Of a DNA stretch of 64,000 bases, positions 27,578-37,800 are shown piece by piece; positions within the stretch are counted from its first letter, which is position 1; each line of letters begins with the position of its first letter. This DNA comes from Bacilli bacterium (lineage in GTDB: Bacteria > Bacillota_I > Bacilli_A > RFN20 > CAG-631). Both the position numbers and the translations under genes were made by a program. The notes under the pieces were generated by a model that was not told where the DNA came from, ran no database searches, and saw nothing but the letters and a program-made list of their open reading frames with translations. Where the stretch lies: assembly GCA_900754115.1 (NCBI GenBank), contig CAAEBM010000052.1, positions 10,716 to 74,715 of the forward strand, in the 5' to 3' direction.

Positions 27578-30500
27578 TTAAGCTAGATAAGTAATCGTAA
27601 TTGTACAACCAATTACAGAACCACTAGTAAACTTCGCTGCAGAAAGTAATTTGAAGTAAGTAATTCCATCAGCAGCATCAAATTCAAAAGTCATTTGTAA
27701 ATCGTTTGTTAAAACACCATCTCTACAATCAGTTACATCCGTTACATCTGCTTGTGAGGTTGTTCCAACAGCTACTTTCATTGCATTAGAGAACTTATTA
27801 TTTCCAGTTGCAGTTGAAGTAATTTCAATCTTTGTAATTACACCTGGCATTGCTGTTGTATTGGCAAAATAGAAGTTATCAGCAACAGCTGTTTTGTTTC
27901 CTCTAATTTGTCCATTTGCCATGTAATTATTTGCTACGTAAGTTACCCCCCCTACTTCAGCAGTTTGTTCTGAAGTAGCATAACTAGTTCCAGCAAAATC
28001 AGCAAATCCTGTCATTGCAATGGCAGAAGTTTGAGGTGTTGGTTCTACAACTGTAACTTCTGTAACAGTTAACACGCCATCAGTAACGCTAAGTGTGAAA
28101 TCATCTTTAACAGCTAATAAACTAGCATAAACTGTATCTCTATTTGTATCACTAATAACAGTATCTTCGCCTAAGATGTAAGTTAAGAATTCGTTAATTG
28201 TAGCATCATGTGCAGCTAAAGCAAAACCTTCGCCAACAGTTGTTGCAGCATAAATGCCATAACTAACATTTGTAATTTTTCCACTTGCATCTACTGTAAT
28301 CAATGTTCTATAAGCATTTGCCATAGTTTTTCCAACTTCAAGGTTTTGACCTGTTGTCCAGTAAGACATCAAAGTTCCATAACCATCAAGCCCTACTGAA
28401 ATGTCAAATTTGCCTTCCGCTGCTACAGCAGTTTTAGAAATTGCTGAAATTGTTGTATTTTCAGTTAAAGTAAAACTATAAACATCGTCTCTAACAATTA
28501 AAACTCCATCTTTTAAGTATGAACTGACATCCACACCATCTTGTTGCCACTTAATGAAGTTTTCAACTGTATCAGCTTTTTTAACAGTGATTTCATCACC
28601 TGCTAATGTTTTAGTATCTTCAACATAAGCAATACCATTAATTGTTTCAATTACAGCACCTTCAAGAGTAATTGTTACTTCTTCAGGAGCAGAAGTGTCA
28701 ACTGCTTCCCAACTCTTATTTTCAATAACAACTACGCGATCTCTTAAATCATCAACGATAATTGTTCCATTTGCTTCGCGAATTGCATCTGCTGTCATGT
28801 TTGCTGATGCACTTTCTGTGTTTGCATGGTAAACGATACCAGATTGAATTGCACGAATTGTATTTCCAGTAATTCCTGCTAAGTCTTGGCTTTCTTCAGT
28901 ACCAAATACCCATAAAGAACCATTTAAAGTACAATTCTTAACAACAATAGCACCATTACCGCCTTGGAATCTTAATGCACCTTCACCACGAACACCTGCC
29001 ATACCTTCTTCTGTAACATTGATCGTTACATTTTCAAATGCGGTATGTGCATTTTCAGCTACATCTACGTGGCAAGTTGTTTGTATTGTTAAGTCTTTGA
29101 CTCCTTGTAAACTAGTAGAAATGTGTTGACTAGAAGTCAAGATTGTAGATTCTTGATTGACACCTTGTAAAACAATATTCTTTGTTAAATCAATACCAGT
29201 AATATCAATAGTTGTTGCACCGATTTTAACAATATCATTTTCTTCGGCTTTTGCAATCATATCAATTAAATCTGTTCTGTTTTTAGCAACTAGTTTAGAA
29301 ACAGTAAGTACACCATTTTCTACAACTAATTTATAATCAGCTTTTTCAGCTTCTAATTTAGCTAAAACAGTATCTTTGTTTGATTCATTTTCTAAAATCG
29401 TTTCTCCTAACATGTAGGATAACAATTCATTGAATGGAGTTAAATGACCAACAATTGCAAATCCTTCTTCAACAACTAAACGTTCAGTTGCTGGTAAGAC
29501 TGGAAGAATTTGTGTAATTGTTCCTTCTTCATTGACTAATAAAACCATACGGAATTGGTTAGCAACCTTTGTTCCGACTTTGATAGAGCTTCCAGCTGGC
29601 CAATAAGAATTCAAAGTGCCATAACCATCTAATTTTACAGAAACATCAAATGATCCACTTGCATATTCTTGTTTTGCTACAGCCTTAATTGTTGTTTCTC
29701 CTGCTTCTACAGTAAATGTATAAGCAGCATCTCTAACAATTAAAACTCCATCTTTTAAGTATGAACTGACATCCACACCATCTTGTTGCCATTTTACAAA
29801 TTCAATTCCTTCAGCTTTTTCAACAGTGACTACGTCACCTGCATAAATTTTAGTAACGCCTTCTTCATAAGGAACATCATCTACAGTTTTGATAACAGCA
29901 TTTTCAACATTAACTGTTGCTTCAACTGTATCAGGTTCATATTCTGTATCAAATTTAGCAGTTAAATTAGCCCCCGTTTTACTTAATCTAAAGGTATAAG
30001 CTTCTTCAGTAGATACAAGTTCATCCCATTCATTATACCAACCAGCAAATACTTTACCTTCTTGGTTATTAGCGAAAACAGTGACCAAAGAATTTGCTTC
30101 TAAAGTTGCTGTCGTTTCACCATTTACTGTTCCACCTACTAAAGTAACAGTAGCAGTAACATAAACAGGATCTACTTGTATATTTGTTCTATCTTGAACA
30201 CGAATATTTCCAGCTTCAGTTAAAGATAAATGCCATTTATCTAAAGAACCATCTGCCGTATTCGTTTCAAACAAAGCATTGTTTGTAGTAGGAATAGTGG
30301 TTTGACCAGTTATATGTTTTAATAAATTAACCATCGTTACATCAGTAGCAGATGCAGTAAATACAAATCCACCATCAGGAATAATGTAATCAAAATGGTT
30401 ATGATTGTCTTTTCCGGCTTGCCAAGGAGCCCAGTCATCTCCTACGTAGAAGATTGGGTTTTTAGTTCCTTCTTGACCAACTCTTGAATAGAAACCATCA

Positions 30501-33500
30501 CCTGGTCCACCATATCCGCCACCAAATCCAAAGGAAGCATATACAATATATCCATTAGCATCTACAGCGATAGTATATCCAGTAGTATCTTTAAAGAAAG
30601 TTTTACTTCCTTCTGGAGCCTTGCCATATGTGTTTGGACAATCGGCAGCAATTGTTCCAGAAACTTCATTATCTGTATAAATTGTAAATTCGCCTTTAGT
30701 TGGTGCTGCTTCAGGATTGATTAAATCATAAGCAAAACCTTGTTCAGTAATTGCAAATTTTGCAGTTAAAGTAATTGTTTCAGTAACTAAATAAGTATAC
30801 TCTTTATCTGTTGATAATAATTCTTCTCCATTGTACCATCCTAAGAAAGTTTGTCCTACAGGATTGTTTGCAACAATAGTTACATTCGTATTTTTATCAA
30901 CGATTTTTTGAGTAGTCGTTTCATCTTTAAAGGTTCCACCTTCAACTTTTACAAAAGCTTTATTTGAAGCAAGTCCAGCATTGACTGTAACTTCATAAGT
31001 TTCTCTGTCTAAAGTTAAGGTTGTATCATCAGATACTAAAGCATGTAAAGCTTGATCTCTATTAATTTGTTGTGCAGCTGCTGTTCTAGATGTCACAGTA
31101 GATAAATCAAAGGTTTGACCAAAGATTTGATCTAAGAAATCATTAGCTGCTTCACCTTTAGCAACTACAACGAATCCATCTTGTGGTACAACAAGTTGCC
31201 ACTTAGAATAGAAGCCCCATGAAAGTGCACTAGTTTCGTCAACAACTAAAGCTGGATTAACTCTATCAGTGCCAAATTCATGATTTGGAAGTTCATCTTC
31301 TTCGCGTGTACCATAAGCATAATAAGAGTTTCTATAATAAGAATCAGAATAAGCAGTTCCATGTCCTAATCTAGGAGCAAAAACTAAGTATGTAATTCTT
31401 CCTTCACTATCAACTGCAATGTATAATAGTTCAGCACTTGAGTCAGCTAAATATTTTTCTTGATTTTTATCTGCTGATTCAACAACTGCAGTTCTTGTGC
31501 TATCGATTCCAGAAGCAACTGCATTTTCTGCATCTTCAACGAAGACAGAATAAGTATCGCTATAAGGAGCAACATTTATTTGAGGAGTATCTTCCACTGG
31601 AGCATTGTCATCAACGACACAAATTTTTCCCATTTTTGTTAATGAGAATGTAAAGTGATCCCATACACCATTTGAAACAAGACCAGCACTCATTGCAGTT
31701 CCAAAAAGAAGATCATTATTTGTTGGAACAGGATTATCAACACTATAAGGAGTATCAACAATTCCCTTCATCAACATATTCATAATTGTGACTAAGCCTT
31801 CATCTGTTGGATCAGTTAAAGTAAAGACAAATCCACCTTCTGGAATGACACAATCATATTCATCAAAATGAGAATCAGGCCAAGGAGCAAATTCATCACT
31901 GACATAGAAGATTGGATTATTAACTCCTTCTTCTCCAACTCTAGAATAGAATTTATCGGCTGGAGAGCCATAACCTGCATTTAATCCATAAGAAGCATAA
32001 ACTAATTTTCCTTGAGCATTAACAGCGAAGGTGAATCCAGCAGCTTTTTGACCATCAGCAGCTTCAGGAGTAATAAATGTTCTTCTTCCTTCAGGAACAT
32101 TACCATACTTATTTTCACTTTCTGGAGCAATGGTTCCATTCAACCAATTATCTGTCCAAAGAGCAAAATCATTAGTTGCGCTTGATGGATTAATAACAGT
32201 TGGAGTAGCTTTTACATTCTTTTCATAATCAATAAGAATTTGATTATCAAATGTTAAATATAAACGAGTATATTCAGGAATGCCATTAGGATAATCAGCT
32301 TTAAAATGAGAGTAATTATAAACATCTCCACCTTGTGCTACTTTAGCTTCTAAAGAAGCATCATCCATAATTAATGCCAAGATTTTTCCCGTTGCAGATC
32401 CTTTCATTCCGATTAAAAATCCGCCTTCTGGAACAGCCCATTCCCACAAATTAGAATATTTGCTACCATCTTCTTGAGTCCATGGTTTCCAATTTGGAGA
32501 AACTGCAAAAGAAGGATTATCTTTATTTAATAAATCAGGATATTGGTTAAATCCATTAAATGTATTATCTGGTCCATTATAACTACCACCATAACCCAAC
32601 CAATAACTAAATCCAATAGCCAAAATTTTTCCTTCATCACTTACAGAAACAACACTAGTCCAAGATTCAAGAGAATTGAAAGTATATTTAGAACTATCGT
32701 ATTGACTAGTTTGAGGTAATTTACCATTAATTGCTTCATCAGTATAGATACCGATTTCATTACCATCATTAGCAGCAAAATTTTGATTCATTAAATCTGG
32801 AGTAATTGCACCTTCTACTGGATCAGGATTGAATTCTCTTTCAAATTTAGCAGTATAAGTAACATTATCTTTTAATTGGAAAGTGAAAGTTGATTCAGCA
32901 CTGATAAGTGTATCGCCACTATACCATCCAGAGAAAATGTATCCAGATTCTGGTTGGTTAGCAATAATTGTTACTTCTGTATCTACGTTTAATTCAACAG
33001 TTGTTCCTTCTTGACCATCAATTGTTCCATTAACAACTGTAATTGTAGCTTTATCAGAATATTCAGCAGTCCATGTTACATTGCCATTGACTGGAATTTC
33101 GTATTCTTTTGATGTAGCTACGCTATCTCCACTAACCCAACGAACAAAACGTTCTCCTGTTTTATCATCTGCAACAATTGTAACTTTGCTGCCTAAAGCA
33201 AAATCTTTTACGCTTTCATCAGTACCTTTAAATGTACCATTTACTAAAGTTATTGTCGCATAACCGGTGACATCGTTTAAAGAATTAGTTCTAAAGATAA
33301 CTTCTGTATTATTTTCAACTTGAAGTACACCTTTAATATCAAATTTATCATTCGGTTGAGCATCCGCATAAAGCGTAATATTTCTTCCTTTATAAACATT
33401 ACCTTCAGCATCATTGAAAGTTGAAATTTCTCCAGTAGTTCCAACATAAATTAATTCTTTCATTGTTACTATTTTGTTTTGATTTGCTACAACCCATTGT

Positions 33501-34693
33501 GTTGCATAATCAGTAATAACAATTGGATTTGGAGAAGTAACTGCCCAATATTTACTTAAAACTTCTGGTTCTTGTGTAGGTGTAATTGTGTTTTGTCCAG
33601 CAACAACACTAAATGTACCATCTACGCGAACTGTTTGTCCGATAGTATATGCTCTTTCAGCCTTTTCAGGAACGTATTGGAAAGTAGTATCTTTAACTAA
33701 TACAGAACCTGTTTCATCTGCAATAACTAATATACCATCATCATACATACTTGTAATGACACCACGTACTGTAACTGCAGTATCATTTTCTTTAGTAATC
33801 ACTTCAGCAATGTCATCAAATAAATCTACTGGAGCTTCTTCTGGTTCACATAAGTAAGCAGGAGTTTCATCTCCAGCATCTTCTCTTAACATTACTTCTA
33901 GTTGTTTATCTTCATTGATAAAAACATAAAAATCATCAAAATCACCTTTTGCAGTGTCAAGTTCTAATAATTTATTAGATTCTTGCATTGCAACTACTTC
34001 TTCTGAAGTATATGTGCTTTCAGGATAAAGGAAATTTAAAAATTGAACAAAACCATTTGCATCTTCCCCACGGCCAGTAATGATAAATCCGCCTTCGGGA
34101 ATAACATAATCGTAATGGCTCGCAGTGCCAGCTGGCCAAGCTTCCCAGTCTGCAGCAATAGCAAATACTGGAAAACTATCAGTACCTGCAGCAGTAGTCT
34201 TGTCCCATTGATAAGCAGGACGATAATAGAAACCATCACTTGGTCCACCATAACCTGCATTTGTTCCCCAGCTAGCATAAGCAATATAACCATTTGCATC
34301 AATAGCAAAATTCCAACGATAATTTCCTTCTGGATTCGTTGTTCTTCTATCTTCTGCTAAGCCTGAAACGTTAGCGCTTAATGGAGCAATAGTTCCATCA
34401 ACATAACGGTCTGTCCAAATTGACATTCCTTCTGTTGTTACGTGAGTATTGGTGTCCCAGTTAAATACGACATCCAATGCTAACGATGTAGGATCAGGAG
34501 GGATAGGTGTTGTACTACTGCTACTACTATCACTACCACCAGTAATAGGAGGATTAGTTGAAGTACCAGAGCTAGATGAATCTGGATTAGGTTTAGAAGA
34601 TGAAGAATCACCTTTTTTTGTACATCCAGTTAACACCAATGTTAACCCTGCCAAACTCCATAAAAGCGTTTTAAACAGCTTTTTAGAATTCAT
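27578..34693 (-). CDS. giant (2371-aa) cell-surface lipoprotein with repetitive architecture: Ser-rich linker, 5 copies of an unknown ~140-aa module, 4 Listeria-Bacteroides (Flg_new-type) repeats, a pectate-lyase-like beta-helix flanked by a duplicated 210-aa unit, and a C-terminal beta-rich domain
   Basis: Lipobox LTLVLTG-C at residues 17-24. Repeated motifs NAGYGGP.DGFY.R and V[IV]PEGGF. Listeria-Bacteroides-repeat-like VTIVANNPVGQTFLGWYNGEELLSTDKEYTY...LTAKF. WQQDGVDVSSYLKDGVLIVRD occurs twice. See findings. Confidence 0.9.
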   Translation of the reverse strand: MNSKKLFKTLLWSLAGLTLVLTGCTKKGDSSSSKPNPDSSSSGTSTNPPITGGSDSSSSSTTPIPPDPTSLALDVVFNWDTNTHVTTEGMSIWTDRYVDGTIAPLSANVSGLAEDRRTTNPEGNYRWNFAIDANGYIAYASWGTNAGYGGPSDGFYYRPAYQWDKTTAAGTDSFPVFAIAADWEAWPAGTASHYDYVIPEGGFIITGRGEDANGFVQFLNFLYPESTYTSEEVVAMQESNKLLELDTAKGDFDDFYVFINEDKQLEVMLREDAGDETPAYLCEPEEAPVDLFDDIAEVITKENDTAVTVRGVITSMYDDGILVIADETGSVLVKDTTFQYVPEKAERAYTIGQTVRVDGTFSVVAGQNTITPTQEPEVLSKYWAVTSPNPIVITDYATQWVVANQNKIVTMKELIYVGTTGEISTFNDAEGNVYKGRNITLYADAQPNDKFDIKGVLQVENNTEVIFRTNSLNDVTGYATITLVNGTFKGTDESVKDFALGSKVTIVADDKTGERFVRWVSGDSVATSKEYEIPVNGNVTWTAEYSDKATITVVNGTIDGQEGTTVELNVDTEVTIIANQPESGYIFSGWYSGDTLISAESTFTFQLKDNVTYTAKFEREFNPDPVEGAITPDLMNQNFAANDGNEIGIYTDEAINGKLPQTSQYDSSKYTFNSLESWTSVVSVSDEGKILAIGFSYWLGYGGSYNGPDNTFNGFNQYPDLLNKDNPSFAVSPNWKPWTQEDGSKYSNLWEWAVPEGGFLIGMKGSATGKILALIMDDASLEAKVAQGGDVYNYSHFKADYPNGIPEYTRLYLTFDNQILIDYEKNVKATPTVINPSSATNDFALWTDNWLNGTIAPESENKYGNVPEGRRTFITPEAADGQKAAGFTFAVNAQGKLVYASYGLNAGYGSPADKFYSRVGEEGVNNPIFYVSDEFAPWPDSHFDEYDCVIPEGGFVFTLTDPTDEGLVTIMNMLMKGIVDTPYSVDNPVPTNNDLLFGTAMSAGLVSNGVWDHFTFSLTKMGKICVVDDNAPVEDTPQINVAPYSDTYSVFVEDAENAVASGIDSTRTAVVESADKNQEKYLADSSAELLYIAVDSEGRITYLVFAPRLGHGTAYSDSYYRNSYYAYGTREEDELPNHEFGTDRVNPALVVDETSALSWGFYSKWQLVVPQDGFVVVAKGEAANDFLDQIFGQTFDLSTVTSRTAAAQQINRDQALHALVSDDTTLTLDRETYEVTVNAGLASNKAFVKVEGGTFKDETTTQKIVDKNTNVTIVANNPVGQTFLGWYNGEELLSTDKEYTYLVTETITLTAKFAITEQGFAYDLINPEAAPTKGEFTIYTDNEVSGTIAADCPNTYGKAPEGSKTFFKDTTGYTIAVDANGYIVYASFGFGGGYGGPGDGFYSRVGQEGTKNPIFYVGDDWAPWQAGKDNHNHFDYIIPDGGFVFTASATDVTMVNLLKHITGQTTIPTTNNALFETNTADGSLDKWHLSLTEAGNIRVQDRTNIQVDPVYVTATVTLVGGTVNGETTATLEANSLVTVFANNQEGKVFAGWYNEWDELVSTEEAYTFRLSKTGANLTAKFDTEYEPDTVEATVNVENAVIKTVDDVPYEEGVTKIYAGDVVTVEKAEGIEFVKWQQDGVDVSSYLKDGVLIVRDAAYTFTVEAGETTIKAVAKQEYASGSFDVSVKLDGYGTLNSYWPAGSSIKVGTKVANQFRMVLLVNEEGTITQILPVLPATERLVVEEGFAIVGHLTPFNELLSYMLGETILENESNKDTVLAKLEAEKADYKLVVENGVLTVSKLVAKNRTDLIDMIAKAEENDIVKIGATTIDITGIDLTKNIVLQGVNQESTILTSSQHISTSLQGVKDLTIQTTCHVDVAENAHTAFENVTINVTEEGMAGVRGEGALRFQGGNGAIVVKNCTLNGSLWVFGTEESQDLAGITGNTIRAIQSGIVYHANTESASANMTADAIREANGTIIVDDLRDRVVVIENKSWEAVDTSAPEEVTITLEGAVIETINGIAYVEDTKTLAGDEITVKKADTVENFIKWQQDGVDVSSYLKDGVLIVRDDVYSFTLTENTTISAISKTAVAAEGKFDISVGLDGYGTLMSYWTTGQNLEVGKTMANAYRTLITVDASGKITNVSYGIYAATTVGEGFALAAHDATINEFLTYILGEDTVISDTNRDTVYASLLAVKDDFTLSVTDGVLTVTEVTVVEPTPQTSAIAMTGFADFAGTSYATSEQTAEVGGVTYVANNYMANGQIRGNKTAVADNFYFANTTAMPGVITKIEITSTATGNNKFSNAMKVAVGTTSQADVTDVTDCRDGVLTNDLQMTFEFDAADGITYFKLLSAAKFTSGSVIGCTITITYLA
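28057..28687 (-). repeat. second copy (A') of the duplicated ~210-aa unit inside the giant gene (residues ~2003-2212)
   Basis: About 50% amino-acid identity to unit A, including the exact 21-aa match WQQDGVDVSSYLKDGVLIVRD and a ~60-nt identical DNA stretch (28489..28550 versus 29732..29793). Confidence 0.8.
29293..29926 (-). repeat. first copy (A) of the duplicated ~210-aa unit (residues ~1590-1800)
   Basis: See copy A'. The two units are 1.26 kb apart, separated by the beta-helix-encoding segment. Confidence 0.8.
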
Positions 34694-34804
34694 ATATTTT
34701 TCCCCTTTCTTTAAAATATGGATTCAATATCCATTTTGATTATAATACTTATATTTTAAAAAAGCAAGGCAAAAAATGGTAACGCTTTCATTTTTTTAAA
34801 ACAA

Positions 34805-34836
34805 AAAAACAAAGCGTTCGGCAAGAGCGCTTTGTT
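34805..34836 (-). terminator. intrinsic terminator after rpoC
   Basis: Minus strand CAAAGCGCUCUUGCCGAACGCUUUG, followed by UUUUUUUGUUUU. Confidence 0.6.
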
Positions 34837-34845
34837 TTAGACATT

Positions 34846-37800
34846 TTAAACAATTGATTGTTCGACTGTTTCCTCATTTTCTTCAGAAAGCAAGGCTTTT
34901 TCTTGCTCTTTTTTAGCTACTTCAGGACAAGGAATAAGTTTACCAACAATAACATTTTCTTTTAATCCTGTCAAATGATCCACTTTTCCTTTAACAGCCG
35001 CATCCGTTAAAACACGGGTTGTTTCTTGGAAAGAAGCAGCAGACAAGAAAGATTCAGTTTCTAAAGAAGCTTTTGTGATGCTCAAAATAATTTGTTTTGC
35101 GACTGCAGGGCGGCCATGATGAATCAAAGTATCACGATTAATACGTGTAAATTCATGCATATCGATTTTACTTCCTGGTAATAAATCAGTATCTCCGCCA
35201 TCTAAAACAATTAATTTGCGTAACATTTGACGAATCATCACTTCAATATGTTTATCACCAATAGGAATACCGGTTAAGCGATAAACTTTTTGAACTTCTT
35301 TTAAGATATATTTTTGAACTTCAACGCTATCTGCTACTTCAAGTAATTGTTTTGGATTAATCGGTCCTTCTGTAATTTTTTGACCATTTTTAACTTCATC
35401 GCCAACTTGTACACGAATTCTTGCTCCAAAAGGTATGACATATTCTTCTGAATCTAAATCATTTTTAATGGTAACAACTGTTTTTTCGCCATCTTTGAAA
35501 TCTTTTGTTTCAATGCTTTGAACTGTACCAGCAGTCTTTGAAATAATCGCTTCTCCACGAGGAGGACGTGTTTCAAACAATTCTTGAACCCGAGGTAAAC
35601 CTTGAGTAATGTCTGAACTTCCCGTAACTCCACCGGTATGGAAAGTTCTCATGGTTAATTGCGTTCCTGGTTCCCCAATAGATTGAGCAGCCATTGTTCC
35701 AATCGCTTCTCCAACTTCTACTTCTTTTCCAGTTGCTAAATTTAAACCATAACACTTTCTGCACACACCATTATGAGTTTTACAACCAAATAAAGAACGA
35801 ATTTTAATTTTCTTATATCCTGCTTGAATAATTTTATCTGCAGTTTCTTCACTAATTAAACTATCTTTATCCACGATTAATTCTTTGGTTTCTGGATGAT
35901 AGATATTATTTAGTGGGTAACGACCGACTAAACGATCTTTGAAAGGAACGACAATTGAATCATTTTTCGTGTCTTTGATTTCTTCAACTTCAAATCCAAT
36001 ATCGGTATGGCAATCATCTTCACGGACAATGACATCATGAGCCACATCGACTAAACGTCTAGTTAAATATCCAGATTCTGCTGTCTTTAAAGCAGTATCG
36101 GACATGGTTTTTCTAGCACCATGGGTAGAAATAAAGAATTCAGATACGGTTAAACCTTCACGGAAAGAAGATTTAATCGGTAATTCAATTGCTCTTTCAG
36201 TTGAAATAGACATTTGATTTAATTGAGAAATTTCAGCAGAAGTTAATTTTCCACCTGTTTGAGTTAATTTCTTAATTAAATCTTTATGTGCATCTCTTGA
36301 AGAGGGTTTAAATGGTTTAGACATTAATCCTCTCATTCCGGCAAGTTGCGTAAAGTTTGAAGCATTTCCTCTAGCACCAGAATCAGACATCATAAAGAAT
36401 GGATTTCGATTGTTTTGTTTTAATTGTTTTGCCAAAGAGGTTTCAACTTCACTTTTTACTTTTTCCCAAACTTTAACGACTTTATTATGTCTTTCATCAT
36501 CCGTTAATAAACCTTTATTATAGAATTTAACAATTTGTTCGACTTGTTTATCTCCATCAGCGATAATATCGTATTTTCCTTCGGCTACTTTAATATCATC
36601 AATAGAAACAGTAACACCAGAAACTGTCGCATATTTAAATCCTTGATCTTTCATTTTATCAAGCATAACGGAAGTTTCTTCAGTACCATAGTGTTTAAAC
36701 ACATAGTCGATGATTTTTCCTAAATCTCCCTTTTTAAAAGGTGGATTTAGTTCACTAGTGGCGATGATTTCTTTGATATTTCCACCACGAGGAACAAAAT
36801 ATTTTTCAGGGATTTTTTCAAATCCATCTTTAGGACTATTTAAATAAACAAGTGTTTTTGGATAAATGCTATTAAAGATAATTTTACCAACGGTTGTAAT
36901 TAAATATTGATTTTTTTGCTCTTCAGTAAAACATTCTTTATCTAAAGAGGAAGCTAAAATCGCAATCCGTGTTTGTAAATGAATATTTCCTGTTTGATAA
37001 GCTAAAATCGCTTCATCTGGATTTGCAAAAACTTTTCCTTCACAATCTCCATATAATTCGTATTTTTCTGCATTCATTTCATCGCCATCTTCACGATATT
37101 TTGCAGCACGTTGATAAAAATCATTTTTGGTCCATTCTAGCGTAATATAATAATTTCCAAGCACCATGTCATGACCTGGAGTAACAATTGGTTTTCCATC
37201 TTTTGGTCCTAAAATATTTTTTGAACCAATCATTAGTTCACGGGCTTCATGAATAGCATCTTTTGATAAAGGAACATGGACAGCCATTTGGTCTCCATCA
37301 AAGTCAGCATTAAATGCTGGACAAACTAATGGATGCAAACGAATTGCTCTTCCATCAACTAATTTCACTTCAAAAGCTTGAATTCCTAAACGGTGTAACG
37401 TTGGTGCACGGTTTAATAATACAGGATGATCTTTAATAATGTTATCTAAAGCATCCCATACTCTTTCATCTTGACGATCAATTAATCGTTCGGCTTGTTT
37501 ATGAGAAGTGACTTGTCCTTCAGCAATCATTTTTGCAGCAATGAAAGGTTTAAATAATTGAACAGCCATTTCTCTTGGAATACCACATTGATACATCTTT
37601 AAATCAGGTCCGACAACAATAACACTACGTCCTGAATAATCGACTCTTTTTCCAAGTAAGTTTTGACGGAAACGACCTTGTTTTCCTTTTAAAGTATTGG
37701 ATAAAGATTTTAATGCTCTTCCACCAGCGCCTAAAACTGGTTTGCTACGACGACCATTGTCAATTAAAGCATCAACGGCTTCTTGTAACATTCTTTTTTC

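Noticed and set aside
34500-34650. Possible short tandem repeat or CRISPR-like periodicity in the GC-poor tcc/agt-rich stretch near the 5' end of the lipoprotein gene
   Set aside because: It is the coding sequence of the Ser/Pro/Gly-rich linker (SSSSKPNPDSSSSGTSTNPPITGGSDSSSSS). This is codon-level low complexity, not a repeat-spacer array. No CRISPR arrays were seen anywhere in the window.
33081-34739. Plus-strand ORFs inside the giant lipoprotein gene (33081..33263, 33588..33857, 34043..34360, 34449..34739, and 29783..29965, 31438..31653)
   Set aside because: Antisense shadow ORFs of a 7.1-kb gene with biased composition. Their translations are low-complexity (Ser/Thr/Ile-rich) with no start context.
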